Shown: piece by piece, positions 17,285 through 26,889 of the stretch
How the letters are laid out: each line of letters begins with the position of its first letter
How positions within the stretch are numbered: the stretch's first letter is position 1
Origin: Candidatus Micrarchaeota archaeon
GTDB taxonomy: Archaea; Micrarchaeota; Micrarchaeia; Micrarchaeales; CABMGC01
NCBI GenBank assembly: GCA_021846005.1
Contig: JAJZIZ010000001.1
Span: forward strand, 1 to 32,409
DNA: 32,409 nt
Reading direction: 5' to 3'
Translations under genes and position numbers: made by a program
Notes under the pieces: generated by a model
Told to the model about the DNA's origin: nothing
The model's database searches: none
What the model saw: only the letters and a program-made list of their open reading frames with translations

Positions 17285-20028
17285 GCCCTGCCTTTTTTTA
17301 TCCTTATCTTGATCCTTCCTGATTTTCCTGATGCCCTTGCCTTGCTTTGTTTTGCCGGTTTCTTTCTTGCTGGTTTTCCATCGATTCTTTCCATTACCAG
17401 CCTGTGAAGTTCCCTCAGGTGCCTTCTCCTGTCCTTCATCATTATTATGTCGGAAGCCCCTACTGCTATTATATTGTGTGAAAAAGGCGAAGGGACATCT
17501 GTCTCTATGGCCTTGAAGGCTATCCCGCCATTCTTGATCTTCTTGATGACTTCCTTGGTTCTGGGGAGGTCCATGACGTCTTCCATTATTTCCCTGTATG
17601 TCTCTTTTATTATAGGGAAATTGGGGCTTATCTCCTCGGCAGCTTTCAGTATGAGCTGGGCATTTATCTGCTGTTTTCTGACACTTATTTTTTTGCCTTT
17701 ATAATTTCTGAGTATCATGAAGCTTCTTGCCGCAGAATACCTGAATCTTCTCTTCATCATTTCTGTCCTTCTTATATTGGCTTTCAGAAGCCTTTCCGGA
17801 TCGGTTTCCACAAGCTCCTCCATTATTCCTTTCACGTCCTTCATGTCGAATTCCGTCCTGTTTCCTGTAGATATTGCAAAGCCGTTGTCGTTGACGTTTA
17901 TGGCAACATCGGTCTGGTAAAGCTCTCCGACTATTACTCCTAATATCCTGGACAATGCATCGTTGACCCTTCTTCCATAAAGGCTATGGAATACAAGGAC
18001 ATCTCTCTCTTCCTCGGGCTCGACTGTTTTCTCAATGAGGATAAGTTTATCATTCGGCACGCTGCCAGCATACAGCATCTGTTCTGCAAAGTAAAGATAT
18101 GCCGAATTCTTCGCATTTTCATCCATCGGCATTTCATCAAGTATCTTTTGCCATTCTTCCTTTTCCGCGTTTTTCTTTCCTTTGGCCATTATTGCAGCAA
18201 GTCTGCCTTTTTCTACCGAAGCCCCAACAGCGTCCCCGAACCTCTTTCTGAAATTTCCTATTTCAAGAGCAAGCTCATAGCTTAGCGGAAGCTGTTCCGA
18301 ATACCATGGCGGAATGGTCGGGATCTGGCCCGGCGCAGGGCTGACATAAGCATTCATGACTTTTGAGAATTCATACCTGTAAGGTTTCCCTGCAAGAACG
18401 AATATGTCTCCGGGCTTGAGCCTTGCAAGGAATTCCTCCTCTATGCTGCCTATCCATTTCTTGTCTATTGTCATGACATCTATGGCTACTTCGTCTGGTA
18501 TTGTGCCTATATTGAGGAAATAGATGAGTTTTGTAAGTTTGCCTCTCTTTCCGAACGTCTTCTCCTTTTCGTCATACCATATCTTCCCGTATACTCTCCT
18601 GCTTTCAAGCCCGACATACATTCCTGAAAGGTATTCCAGCAATGCTATGAAATCCTTTCTTTCCAGGGTATGGTACGGATAGGACTTCTTTACTGTAAAA
18701 TATGCCTCGTCTATATCCCATTTTTTTACCTGCGACATGCCTACTATATGCTGCGCCAGCACGTCAAGGGCATTTTTCGGCGCTATCCCGGAATCGAGAT
18801 GCCTCTTCTTCGCCGCATCAAGCATGACCGAGCACTCTATAAGGTCATCCCTGTTGGTCACTATGACTTCCCCTCTTGCAATATCGTTGAAGCTGTGGCC
18901 GCTCCTTCCAATTCTCTGTATGGCCCTAGCGACGCTTTTTGGCGATCCGATTTGTATGACGTTGTCTATTGTCCCTATGTCTATGCCAAGCTCAAGGCTG
19001 GTTGATGATACGACCGCCTTCAATCCTCCTTTCTTGAGCAGTTCCTCAACGCCAAGCCTTGTTTCCCTGGACAAGGAACCGTGGTGAGCTGCTATGGCAT
19101 CCTCCCCGTATTTGTATCTGCTTATTAAGTTGTAGACTACACGTTCTGTTCCGCTTCTGGTGTTTGTAAAGACCAGGGTTGTCTTGTTCTTTTTTATTAT
19201 GCCGTCTAACGTCGAATATATGGCATTCTCTACATTCTCATCCTTCTCGTTTATCATGTCCTTGACTGGGCTAATTGTAGTATAATCCATTTTCTTGTCC
19301 CAAGTTGCGTCTATTATATAGCAGTCCCTCGTATCCTTTTCATCCTTGTATCCTGCTATAAACTTCGCACCTTCTTCAAGCGGATGCATGGTGGCGCCCA
19401 GGCCTATCCTTACAAAATCATGGCCTATCTGCTCGGCAAGCCTCTCTATCGAGAGCGAAAGATGGACTCCTCTCTTGTTGTTTGCAAGCTCGTGAAGCTC
19501 GTCGACTATAAAATACCGTACCTCTTTCAGGTTCTCTGCGAATCTTGTGGAATTTATGAGTATGGCAAGGCTCTCCGGAGTCGTAACCAGTATGTTTGGC
19601 GGGTGGGCCAGCATCCTCTGCCTGTCTTTCTGCGGAGTGTCTCCTGTTCTTATGCCTGCGCTGATCCTCTTCACAGGTATCGATATCTCCTTGTATATCT
19701 CCTCCAGCGGCACGCTGAGATTCCTATATATGTCGTTATTCAGTGCCCTGAGGGGCGAGACATATATGCAGTAAACCTTCTCCTCCAGCTTTTCCTGCAA
19801 GGAAAGATTCATAAGGTCGCTTATGACTGCCATGAATGCCGAAAATGTCTTGCCGCTTCCTGTCGGCGCCGTTATCAGCAGGTTCTTTTTCTCGCCTACA
19901 AGTTTAAACGAGTATCTTTGCGGCGGTGTCGGTTCCTTATACCTTCCTTCAAACCATTTCCTGACAAACGGATTCAGGCTCTCGAGGCTTTCTTTTGCTG
20001 TAAAAGGGTTCCTGTAAAATTCAATCAT
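17281..20028 (-). CDS. lhr: Lhr-family ATP-dependent SF2 helicase (Lhr-core)
   Basis: APTGSGKT, SPLRALNND, TTPESL, DELH, HHGSLS, SLELGID, QRIGRSGH, LDVLAQH and IGTIPDE motifs. Start moved to ATG 20028. Confidence 0.95.
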   Translation of the reverse strand: MIEFYRNPFTAKESLESLNPFVRKWFEGRYKEPTPPQRYSFKLVGEKKNLLITAPTGSGKTFSAFMAVISDLMNLSLQEKLEEKVYCIYVSPLRALNNDIYRNLSVPLEEIYKEISIPVKRISAGIRTGDTPQKDRQRMLAHPPNILVTTPESLAILINSTRFAENLKEVRYFIVDELHELANNKRGVHLSLSIERLAEQIGHDFVRIGLGATMHPLEEGAKFIAGYKDEKDTRDCYIIDATWDKKMDYTTISPVKDMINEKDENVENAIYSTLDGIIKKNKTTLVFTNTRSGTERVVYNLISRYKYGEDAIAAHHGSLSRETRLGVEELLKKGGLKAVVSSTSLELGIDIGTIDNVIQIGSPKSVARAIQRIGRSGHSFNDIARGEVIVTNRDDLIECSVMLDAAKKRHLDSGIAPKNALDVLAQHIVGMSQVKKWDIDEAYFTVKKSYPYHTLERKDFIALLEYLSGMYVGLESRRVYGKIWYDEKEKTFGKRGKLTKLIYFLNIGTIPDEVAIDVMTIDKKWIGSIEEEFLARLKPGDIFVLAGKPYRYEFSKVMNAYVSPAPGQIPTIPPWYSEQLPLSYELALEIGNFRKRFGDAVGASVEKGRLAAIMAKGKKNAEKEEWQKILDEMPMDENAKNSAYLYFAEQMLYAGSVPNDKLILIEKTVEPEEERDVLVFHSLYGRRVNDALSRILGVIVGELYQTDVAINVNDNGFAISTGNRTEFDMKDVKGIMEELVETDPERLLKANIRRTEMMKRRFRYSAARSFMILRNYKGKKISVRKQQINAQLILKAAEEISPNFPIIKETYREIMEDVMDLPRTKEVIKKIKNGGIAFKAIETDVPSPFSHNIIAVGASDIIMMKDRRRHLRELHRLVMERIDGKPARKKPAKQSKARASGKSGRIKIRIKKGRA

Positions 20029-20183
20029 AAAACCGCCGGATGTCATGTAAGAGCAAAAAACGACAATAGTATTATGCATGAAAAAATATAATAAACAAGG
20101 CAATATCGCCAATGTAAGAATATTTATTATTATCGCTGCCTATATTAAAACAACTGAGATATATTTTCACATAGGATGGTTTT

Positions 20184-20930
20184 TTGTTCGAATTAAAAAT
20201 AGACAACGCAAAGTATTGGAAGGACTGCATAGGCGCAATAGTAGGCTTAGTTGATGAAGGGCTTTTCAACATAACGAAAGACGGCATAAGCCTCAAGGCA
20301 ATGGACCCGTCGAGCATAAGCATGATATCATTCGCAATGCCCAACAAATCATTTTCAAAATTCAACGTCGAGAAGCCGATAAGCATAGGGCTCAATATAG
20401 AGAATCTGGACAAGATGCTTTCCAGGACAAGGGACGGGGAATCTTTGGTAATGAAGGATTCGGACAACAAGCTGCTTATGGAATTCATAGGACCAAACGG
20501 CAGGAGACGGTACAAGCTCCAGCTCATAGAGGTCAAGAAGAGCGTCGAGAAAGAGCCAAACGTGGAATTTGACGCAAAGATAAAGATAAACGGCGAACCG
20601 CTAAAGGACATAATAAAGGACGCAGGACTCATATCCTCATACATTTCATTTAATGCCACCAAGAACCAATTCTCAGTAAGGGCGCGTGGCGATTCTTCCG
20701 AGCTCGAGGAATTCCATGAGACTGAAAACAGCGGCATAATGAAGCACATGGATGTCTCAAAGAATGCGGAATCAACCTTCAATCTCGAGTTCCTGGAGAA
20801 CATGGTGAAGTCGTGCCCTGCAGGCAACGATATAGATATCGCTTTGAGGTCCATCGAGCCGATGAAGCTTGGATATAACATAGGCGATGCAAACGTCACG
20901 TACTTCCTGGCTCCTTACATGGAGGAATGA
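20184..20930 (+). CDS. pcn: DNA polymerase sliding clamp PCNA
   Basis: GISLKAMDPSSISMI, STFNLEFL and TYFLAPY motifs. 248 aa, TTG start. Confidence 0.96.
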   Translation: MFELKIDNAKYWKDCIGAIVGLVDEGLFNITKDGISLKAMDPSSISMISFAMPNKSFSKFNVEKPISIGLNIENLDKMLSRTRDGESLVMKDSDNKLLMEFIGPNGRRRYKLQLIEVKKSVEKEPNVEFDAKIKINGEPLKDIIKDAGLISSYISFNATKNQFSVRARGDSSELEEFHETENSGIMKHMDVSKNAESTFNLEFLENMVKSCPAGNDIDIALRSIEPMKLGYNIGDANVTYFLAPYMEE

Positions 20931-20966
20931 TTCCTTCGGCGGTTTCTCCAAACCGGTTGCATATAG

Positions 20967-21203
20967 ATGGCCAGCATACAGGAAAGGATAATAAAAGACA
21001 TAGCGATATTCGATAAAAACATTCTATCGTTATCGGCGCATGACCTCAGCCCCGGGCAAAAGGAGATAGTGGAGCTTGCCGCAATGTATGCAAAGGATTC
21101 CAAGTCCTTCCTTGACAAAGGAGATTTCTACACTTCATTCTCCGCCATAGCGTATGCGCATGGGCTTCTTGACTCCATAATAAAACTAAACCAGAAAATG
21201 TGA
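20967..21203 (+). CDS. DUF357 domain protein
   Basis: MYAKDSKSFLDKGDFYTSFSAIAYAHGLLD is the DUF357 signature. Confidence 0.9.
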   Translation: MASIQERIIKDIAIFDKNILSLSAHDLSPGQKEIVELAAMYAKDSKSFLDKGDFYTSFSAIAYAHGLLDSIIKLNQKM

Positions 21204-22306
21204 TTATGATTGACATCGAGGTAAAAGAAGGCAGCGCTGAAATAGAAGTCGCCGAAGGGGTATTTTTCAATCCGAAAATGAAATGCCTGCGTGACATTTC
21301 TGTGGCATTCCTAAATGCAATCGGTTCAAAAGGAAACTCCCTTATTGATTGCACATCTGCCACTGGCATAAGAGGGATAAGATACTTTAAGGAAGCCGGC
21401 ATATCAGGCCTCACCCTTCTTGACACTAACGAAAAAGCCGCCAAGAATACCTTGAAGAATCTCAAGAAAAACAGGATAAAGGCAGTGTCATTAAACATCG
21501 ACCTTGAGAAATTCGCCGCCGGCTCCGAACAGAAATTCAACATAATAGATCTTGACCCGTTTGGTTCTCCTGCCCCATACGTAAGGGACATTCTGAAGAT
21601 ATCGGAAGACGGCACTATTGTGATGCTTACTGCAACAGATACTGCAGTTCTATGCGGCGCCCACTCGAAAGCCTGCGTAAAGCAGTATGCCTCTGCACCT
21701 ATGCACAATCACCTATGCAAGGAAGCCGGAATCAGAATCCTCATAAGCTACTTCATGCGCAAGGCGTCAGAATTCAATTTTGGTACAGAGCTCCTGATAA
21801 GCATATCCGACATGCATTACATGCGCCTCTTCCTGAGGCTCAGGAAAGGAGCGCAGAAAGCTTACGATTCAATGATGCAGACAGGCTTCGGAGCATACTG
21901 CAACTCCTGCTTTTCATTCTCGTGCATGCCGGGTATAGCTCCGGCAATCAGCTCCGTCTGCCATGCATGCGGTTCCAAGACGAAATTGTTCGGTCCCATA
22001 TTTCTGGGAAAGCTGAATGACAAGGCATTGGCAGGAAAAATGCTCAAGGAAATGGACGAATCCGGATGCGGCTACAAGACAATAAGCGCCGTATGCAAGG
22101 AACTCGACACCCCATTTTTCTATCATCTTCCAACGTTAACCCGCAAGCTTAAGACAAGTTCAGTGCCATTTCATAAAGTCTCAGAAATACTGGAAGAAAA
22201 AGGATTCATCTGCACTAGGACTGCCTTCAATGAATCGGGAATAAAGACAGATGCCCCTATTGCCGAGCTGCTCTCTGCGATAAGCAAGGCTAAGGAGCTA
22301 CGATAG
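21200..22306 (+). CDS. trm1: tRNA (guanine(26)-N2)-dimethyltransferase
   Basis: VFFNPKM..LRDISV, SATGIRGIRY, IDLDPFGSP, TATD, a Zn ribbon, GPIFLGKL and IKTDAP motifs. Confidence 0.96.
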   Translation: MIMIDIEVKEGSAEIEVAEGVFFNPKMKCLRDISVAFLNAIGSKGNSLIDCTSATGIRGIRYFKEAGISGLTLLDTNEKAAKNTLKNLKKNRIKAVSLNIDLEKFAAGSEQKFNIIDLDPFGSPAPYVRDILKISEDGTIVMLTATDTAVLCGAHSKACVKQYASAPMHNHLCKEAGIRILISYFMRKASEFNFGTELLISISDMHYMRLFLRLRKGAQKAYDSMMQTGFGAYCNSCFSFSCMPGIAPAISSVCHACGSKTKLFGPIFLGKLNDKALAGKMLKEMDESGCGYKTISAVCKELDTPFFYHLPTLTRKLKTSSVPFHKVSEILEEKGFICTRTAFNESGIKTDAPIAELLSAISKAKELR

Positions 22307-23147
22307 TTGCCGATTTGTATTTCAGCACAGCCTCCGCCTTTTCAATATTCCCTATTGCCGCTCTCCTTCCTGTTTTTTCTGCAAAGTCTATACACGCGTT
22401 GACCTTCGGAAGCATGCTTCCCTTCTCAAAACAACCAAGACTTGCATATTCCCTTGCCTTTGGGGTCTTCATTCTTCTGATTGGTCCCTTTCCTCTTTTC
22501 TCAAAATTCAAATACGCCCCATCCACGTTTGTCAGTATGAAAAAACCATCCGCATTCACCTTCTCTGCAAGAAGCGCAGATGTCATGTCCTTGTCTATTA
22601 CCGCATCTGCCCTCCTGCGCCTGCCTTTTGAGATTATCATTGCGGCTCCGCCGCCTCCTGCGGCAATCACGATATTTCCTTTCTCGAGCAGAATCATTAT
22701 CTTATTAAGTTCAAATATTCTGAGCGGCGCGGGCGAAGGGACAACAATCCTGAATCCGTTTTCCAGTTTCTTGACTTCAAATTTCTTCCTGCCTCTTGGT
22801 ACATCTGCTTCATAGTGATAAAATTTTCCTATGGGTTTTGAAGGATCTGAAAATTCCCTGTCGCGCATGGACACGAGCGTTCTTGTCCTGACTATCTCAA
22901 CATCCGCCATACTGCAATTTTCAAGTATGGCCTTTCTTATTTCCCTGCCTATGCTATCCTGCGTCTCTTCAGTGAGGAGGCTCAGGCTCCTTCCCTCTTT
23001 AAGATAGAGCTCCCCAACCTGCGGTCCGTTGCCATGTGTTATTACTATGCTGTGCCCTCTTGAATGCAGCCCGCATACTGTTCTGGCAACAACCGCCGCG
23101 TTTTTCTTTTCAAGGGCATTTCCTCCAAGCGCAATGACATATCTCAA
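22290..23147 (-). CDS. arcC: Carbamate kinase
   Basis: IALGGNAL, THGNGPQVG, PSKPIG, VVPSP, AVIDKD and GSMLPKV motifs. Start moved to TTG 23147. Confidence 0.93.
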   Translation of the reverse strand: MRYVIALGGNALEKKNAAVVARTVCGLHSRGHSIVITHGNGPQVGELYLKEGRSLSLLTEETQDSIGREIRKAILENCSMADVEIVRTRTLVSMRDREFSDPSKPIGKFYHYEADVPRGRKKFEVKKLENGFRIVVPSPAPLRIFELNKIMILLEKGNIVIAAGGGGAAMIISKGRRRRADAVIDKDMTSALLAEKVNADGFFILTNVDGAYLNFEKRGKGPIRRMKTPKAREYASLGCFEKGSMLPKVNACIDFAEKTGRRAAIGNIEKAEAVLKYKSATIVAP

Positions 23148-23229
23148 AGAAAGACCACACAAAACTTCATATCGTAAGTTATAAATGATTATTCCGAACA
23201 GATAATACAAAACCTACGGGGATGCGCAG

Positions 23230-23901
23230 ATGCAAAAGAAGCCTAGTGTAAGCGTAATAATACCTACTATAAGCGAGCAAAGCGTCTTCAAGATGGTGAA
23301 AGACATCCGCAGCCAGCTTGGCAAAGAGACCGAAATAATAATAGTGGACAAAAGCGACGACTCCTACTATCGGAAGCTCATCAAGACAGGCGCCACCGTA
23401 ATAAGGCAAAAAGACAGCGGCATTGAAAACGCGATAATGACGGGGCTCAGGAGCGCGCACGGAACCCTTCTGGCAAGCATAGATGCCGACGGCACCCATG
23501 AACTTGAAGGCATAAAGCGCGGAATCGCCATGATCGGCAAAAAGAATGCCGACATGATACTGGGGAACAGGATGGCAGGGTTATCCGAAGGCTCAATGAA
23601 TTTCTACCTGCAGACTGGAAACAATATACTTACCGATCTCTTCAATATCGCATACGGGACGCATATACATGATGTATTGACAGGCCTTTTTGTAATGAAG
23701 CGAAGCGCATTCCAGGACATAAAGGAGGTGCAGCCGTATAGGGCAGGAATAGCCTTCTTCGTGGTGGAACTTGCAAAGAAAGGATATAAAATCGACGAAA
23801 TTCCTATCAAATACTATCCTAGGAAGGAAGGGGTCTCAAAGATAGCCAAGTCAAAGTTCGCCTACGGCATCGGAGTCGCCTCCCACATCCTCTTCAAATA
23901 G
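23230..23901 (+). CDS. Glycosyltransferase family 2 (DPM1-like)
   Basis: VSVIIPT, IIIVD.SDD, IDADGTH, ILGNR and EIPIKYYPR.EGVSK motifs. Confidence 0.92.
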   Translation: MQKKPSVSVIIPTISEQSVFKMVKDIRSQLGKETEIIIVDKSDDSYYRKLIKTGATVIRQKDSGIENAIMTGLRSAHGTLLASIDADGTHELEGIKRGIAMIGKKNADMILGNRMAGLSEGSMNFYLQTGNNILTDLFNIAYGTHIHDVLTGLFVMKRSAFQDIKEVQPYRAGIAFFVVELAKKGYKIDEIPIKYYPRKEGVSKIAKSKFAYGIGVASHILFK

Positions 23902-23996
23902 TATGCAATAGCATCTCAGGCCTCAAGGTTCTGCAAATAGCAAATCCATACAAAACCTTTTTATTTCAGAAAAAACAAACGCCAAATCAGATTTGA

Positions 23997-25187
23997 ATGG
24001 GCTACACCACAAAAACCTCAATGGCCGCATTGCAGAGGTTGGGTATGGGTTTTATTTACGGACATAGGCATCTCAATACCGAACCAATTCAGGAAAAACA
24101 AATCGCAGCGTATCCAAGGTTGGAAAAAACAACAGAAGTTGACGGGCTTAAGATAAGCTATTTCGAGGCCGGAAACCCCGATCATCCTCTTCTCTTGCTG
24201 GTTCACGGAATAGCGAGCAACAAAAAGGTATGGCAGAGAAGTATAGACGGGGGAGAACTCTCAAAATCCGAGCCCGCGTTTGCCGCTTCCATGAAAATGC
24301 TTCACAGAAAACAATACAGGCAAGAGGTAAACTCATTGTCTAGGAACTTCAGGGTCATAGCCCCTGATCTTCCAGGTTTCGGAGAGAGCGTGAAACCCGA
24401 ACGCGTCACGCATGAATACCTTGTAGGTTCCTTCATGCCAAAATTCGTGAAAAGCCTCGGCATAGACAAAATGCACCTTGCAGGTATATCTATGGGCGGA
24501 GCAGTAGCCTTGGGGTATTCCATCAGAAATCCAGAAACCATCGCGTCGTTGCATCTCATGTGCCCTTTTGGTCTGGAACCCTATGGCCTTGGCCCAATAG
24601 CCATGCTGGCTTTGAGAAATACTACTATAAGCAAAACCGGAATCTCAATAGCGACCAGTGACAAGTTTGGAAAGCAGATTACAAAATTATACTCTTTCCT
24701 TGGGGCTCTGGGTCAGGGGTCAAACAGCAATATGAGATCCATCATTTCATATATGGCAGCGATGGACGACTCTTCCCTTGAATGGCTTAGCGACCAGGTT
24801 CATGATTCTATCTTCAAGATCCTAAAGGGCAGCCCGATGAAGACAGACTACAGTTCAGACCTTCCTTTATTGTCTGAAAAAATAAAGCACATAACATTAT
24901 ATCACGATCCAAAGGATCCCATAATCCCATTTAGAAATACCCTCAACGCATATGAGAAGCTCAAGGCAGGCGGCAATGCAGAGCCAAAACTTGTTGGCAT
25001 GTATGGAGTTGGCCATCAATTATATATGAATCCCGGATATCTGAATGAGAGAATGCTTGAAACAATCTCTGCGCTCTCCAGATCTGCCATGGAAGAAACA
25101 AGCACACCGCCTGCTCCAAAAAAGAATCTAGCCCAGAAGCTTATAGCGCGAATAAACGGCATGTTCGCGGTAAAAGAAAACAGCTAG
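23997..25187 (+). CDS. Alpha/beta-fold hydrolase
   Basis: LLVHG, APDLPGFGES, nucleophile elbow GISMGG, acid DPII and His GVGH. Confidence 0.9.
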   Translation: MGYTTKTSMAALQRLGMGFIYGHRHLNTEPIQEKQIAAYPRLEKTTEVDGLKISYFEAGNPDHPLLLLVHGIASNKKVWQRSIDGGELSKSEPAFAASMKMLHRKQYRQEVNSLSRNFRVIAPDLPGFGESVKPERVTHEYLVGSFMPKFVKSLGIDKMHLAGISMGGAVALGYSIRNPETIASLHLMCPFGLEPYGLGPIAMLALRNTTISKTGISIATSDKFGKQITKLYSFLGALGQGSNSNMRSIISYMAAMDDSSLEWLSDQVHDSIFKILKGSPMKTDYSSDLPLLSEKIKHITLYHDPKDPIIPFRNTLNAYEKLKAGGNAEPKLVGMYGVGHQLYMNPGYLNERMLETISALSRSAMEETSTPPAPKKNLAQKLIARINGMFAVKENS

Positions 25188-25305
25188 GCATCCGTTTCAG
25201 CGAGCCGTTAATCTAACTGCATTTATTCAATTCTTTTTATTATGTGGTAATCCACAGTTATTGGAATCTCTAACTGTATATATTCACTAACCTGCACAAA
25301 ATTCA

Positions 25306-25974
25306 TCAGTTATTCGTATTTTGAATTATATTTATATCATTAAGACTTACATTAAGGAATGCCTGTGCTGTTGAATTAGCCGCGTTAAGATTGAGATTAT
25401 TCCCTATAGCAAGGTAAAATGTATACAATAGATACTTCCCGCTCGGCTTTTCCAGAGTAAAGAAGTAAACTGGAGTTGAGGGTTCTGCAACTGTAACCAC
25501 GGTTCCATTTATAACTCTGGAAGCGGAAAGTTGGGTCAACTGTCCGTTTGAAACAACATTAATTAACGCTCCATATGTTGTTTCGTAGTATAATTCTGTT
25601 ACATTATCGGGTAAATTGACTTGATTGTACTGTGAATTAAAAAGTTCGTTTAGTATCTTGTTGGAATTATTTAAAATATAATGAGATTCAACTAAAACAT
25701 CGGTGTTGTTTTTAAACAAAAATTTCTCTGTTTGTATAGAACTATCACTTATGTTGTTAATGTAGTCTGCTTTATAAGAGGCTATTAATCCGACCGTATT
25801 TAACCAACTAGCCTGCGAAGTAATATCAGTTGCATTTTTAAGGGTAAAATTATCCAGTTGAAGAGGCAGATTTGTTGAAACATTATAAGTTGGCGAATGA
25901 TTTGATAGGATTACAATAAACAACAGCAGTGATACTAAAATCACTATAATAATTATAATCAAAGGAGAGACCAC
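25306..25974 (-). CDS. AT-rich, Asn-rich hypothetical membrane-anchored/surface protein
   Basis: N-terminal hydrophobic stretch LIIIIIVILVSLLLFIVIL and many N-x-S/T sequons (NHS, NVS, NFT, NAT, NIS, NNT, NNS, NVT, NGT, NST). Visibly lower GC than neighbours. Start uncertain. Confidence 0.7.
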   Translation of the reverse strand: MVSPLIIIIIVILVSLLLFIVILSNHSPTYNVSTNLPLQLDNFTLKNATDITSQASWLNTVGLIASYKADYINNISDSSIQTEKFLFKNNTDVLVESHYILNNSNKILNELFNSQYNQVNLPDNVTELYYETTYGALINVVSNGQLTQLSASRVINGTVVTVAEPSTPVYFFTLEKPSGKYLLYTFYLAIGNNLNLNAANSTAQAFLNVSLNDINIIQNTNN

Positions 25975-26141
25975 CGGACCACCATAACTGGTGGTGTATA
26001 AACTTATAAGAATCTTTTGGAGATAAACGAATCAACCGGAAAATTGTTTTGTCTCGGTGGTTTTACTTTGTTGTCGGATGAGTTAAGCGACAGTACGAAT
26101 ATTTACGCCAGTTAAAAGGCTTCCGAAAATTTTGAATCTCT

Positions 26142-26417
26142 TCATTCCATTCTTTTTATTATGTGGTAGCCGAACTGGGTCTTGACTATCCCGGAAACTT
26201 CCCCTTTCTGCAGCGAGAATGCAGCTTCCTCAAATTCCCTTACCATTACTCCTCTTGTGAAGTCTCCAAGGTCGCCGCCTCTTCTTCTCGAGCCGTCAAT
26301 GGAATACTCGCCAGCAAGCTTGGCGAAATCCTCTCCGTTCTTGAGCTTGGCAAGGATTTCTTCTGCGGCGGCCTTGTTCTTTACAAGGATATGGGAGCAT
26401 CTTATGCTGTTCGCCAT
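26142..26417 (-). CDS. Parvulin-type peptidyl-prolyl cis-trans isomerase
   Basis: [27 protein letters not shown] and [10 protein letters not shown] motifs. Start at ATG 26417. Confidence 0.95.
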   Translation of the reverse strand: MANSIRCSHILVKNKAAAEEILAKLKNGEDFAKLAGEYSIDGSRRRGGDLGDFTRGVMVREFEEAAFSLQKGEVSGIVKTQFGYHIIKRME

Positions 26418-26421
26418 TTCA

Positions 26422-26778
26422 TCACTTGTATACCGATCTATAGACATTGTTGGAATCGTCGGTTATCACTATGCATTCGCCTTCGCATTCCACCAGGCAT
26501 GCCTGGCAAAGTATGCATGAAGGGCCTCCGATTGCAACAGAAATGCCACCGCTTCCTCCTTCGTGCTTTTCAGCGAAGTGTTTGTGGCCGTCCTGTACAT
26601 TCTGCCATTTTGCAGTGACTTCAGGCAGGTGGCTTCCTTTCCATTTCTGGTCATCAGGGGCAACGTCGCTGTTTACGTCTGGGTCTTCCCTGTCTTTCAT
26701 CTGAAATACTGCGACCGGGCAGACATCAAAGCAGTGTGAACATCCTGTGCACTTTGGTTTCTCTACGTATACCTGCAT
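26422..26778 (-). CDS. 2x[4Fe-4S] ferredoxin with long inter-motif insertion
   Basis: [12 protein letters not shown] and [11 protein letters not shown] motifs separated by 67 residues. Start ATG 26778 (or 26799). Confidence 0.85.
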   Translation of the reverse strand: MQVYVEKPKCTGCSHCFDVCPVAVFQMKDREDPDVNSDVAPDDQKWKGSHLPEVTAKWQNVQDGHKHFAEKHEGGSGGISVAIGGPSCILCQACLVECEGECIVITDDSNNVYRSVYK

Positions 26779-26889
26779 TTTTACACCTGAAATATACATT
26801 CTTTGGAAAAGTTTATATAACTGATTTATATTCTGCCGAAGATTGACGTTGCGTTCACCTTTTGCCGTTATCGGCTTCTCTGCAAAGCC

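Noticed and set aside
20072..20899. Long antisense ORFs (also 19384-20091, 21046-21708, 29219-29818, 5960-6499, 7745-8251)
   Set aside because: These are shadow frames opposite well-supported genes, with no motifs of their own.
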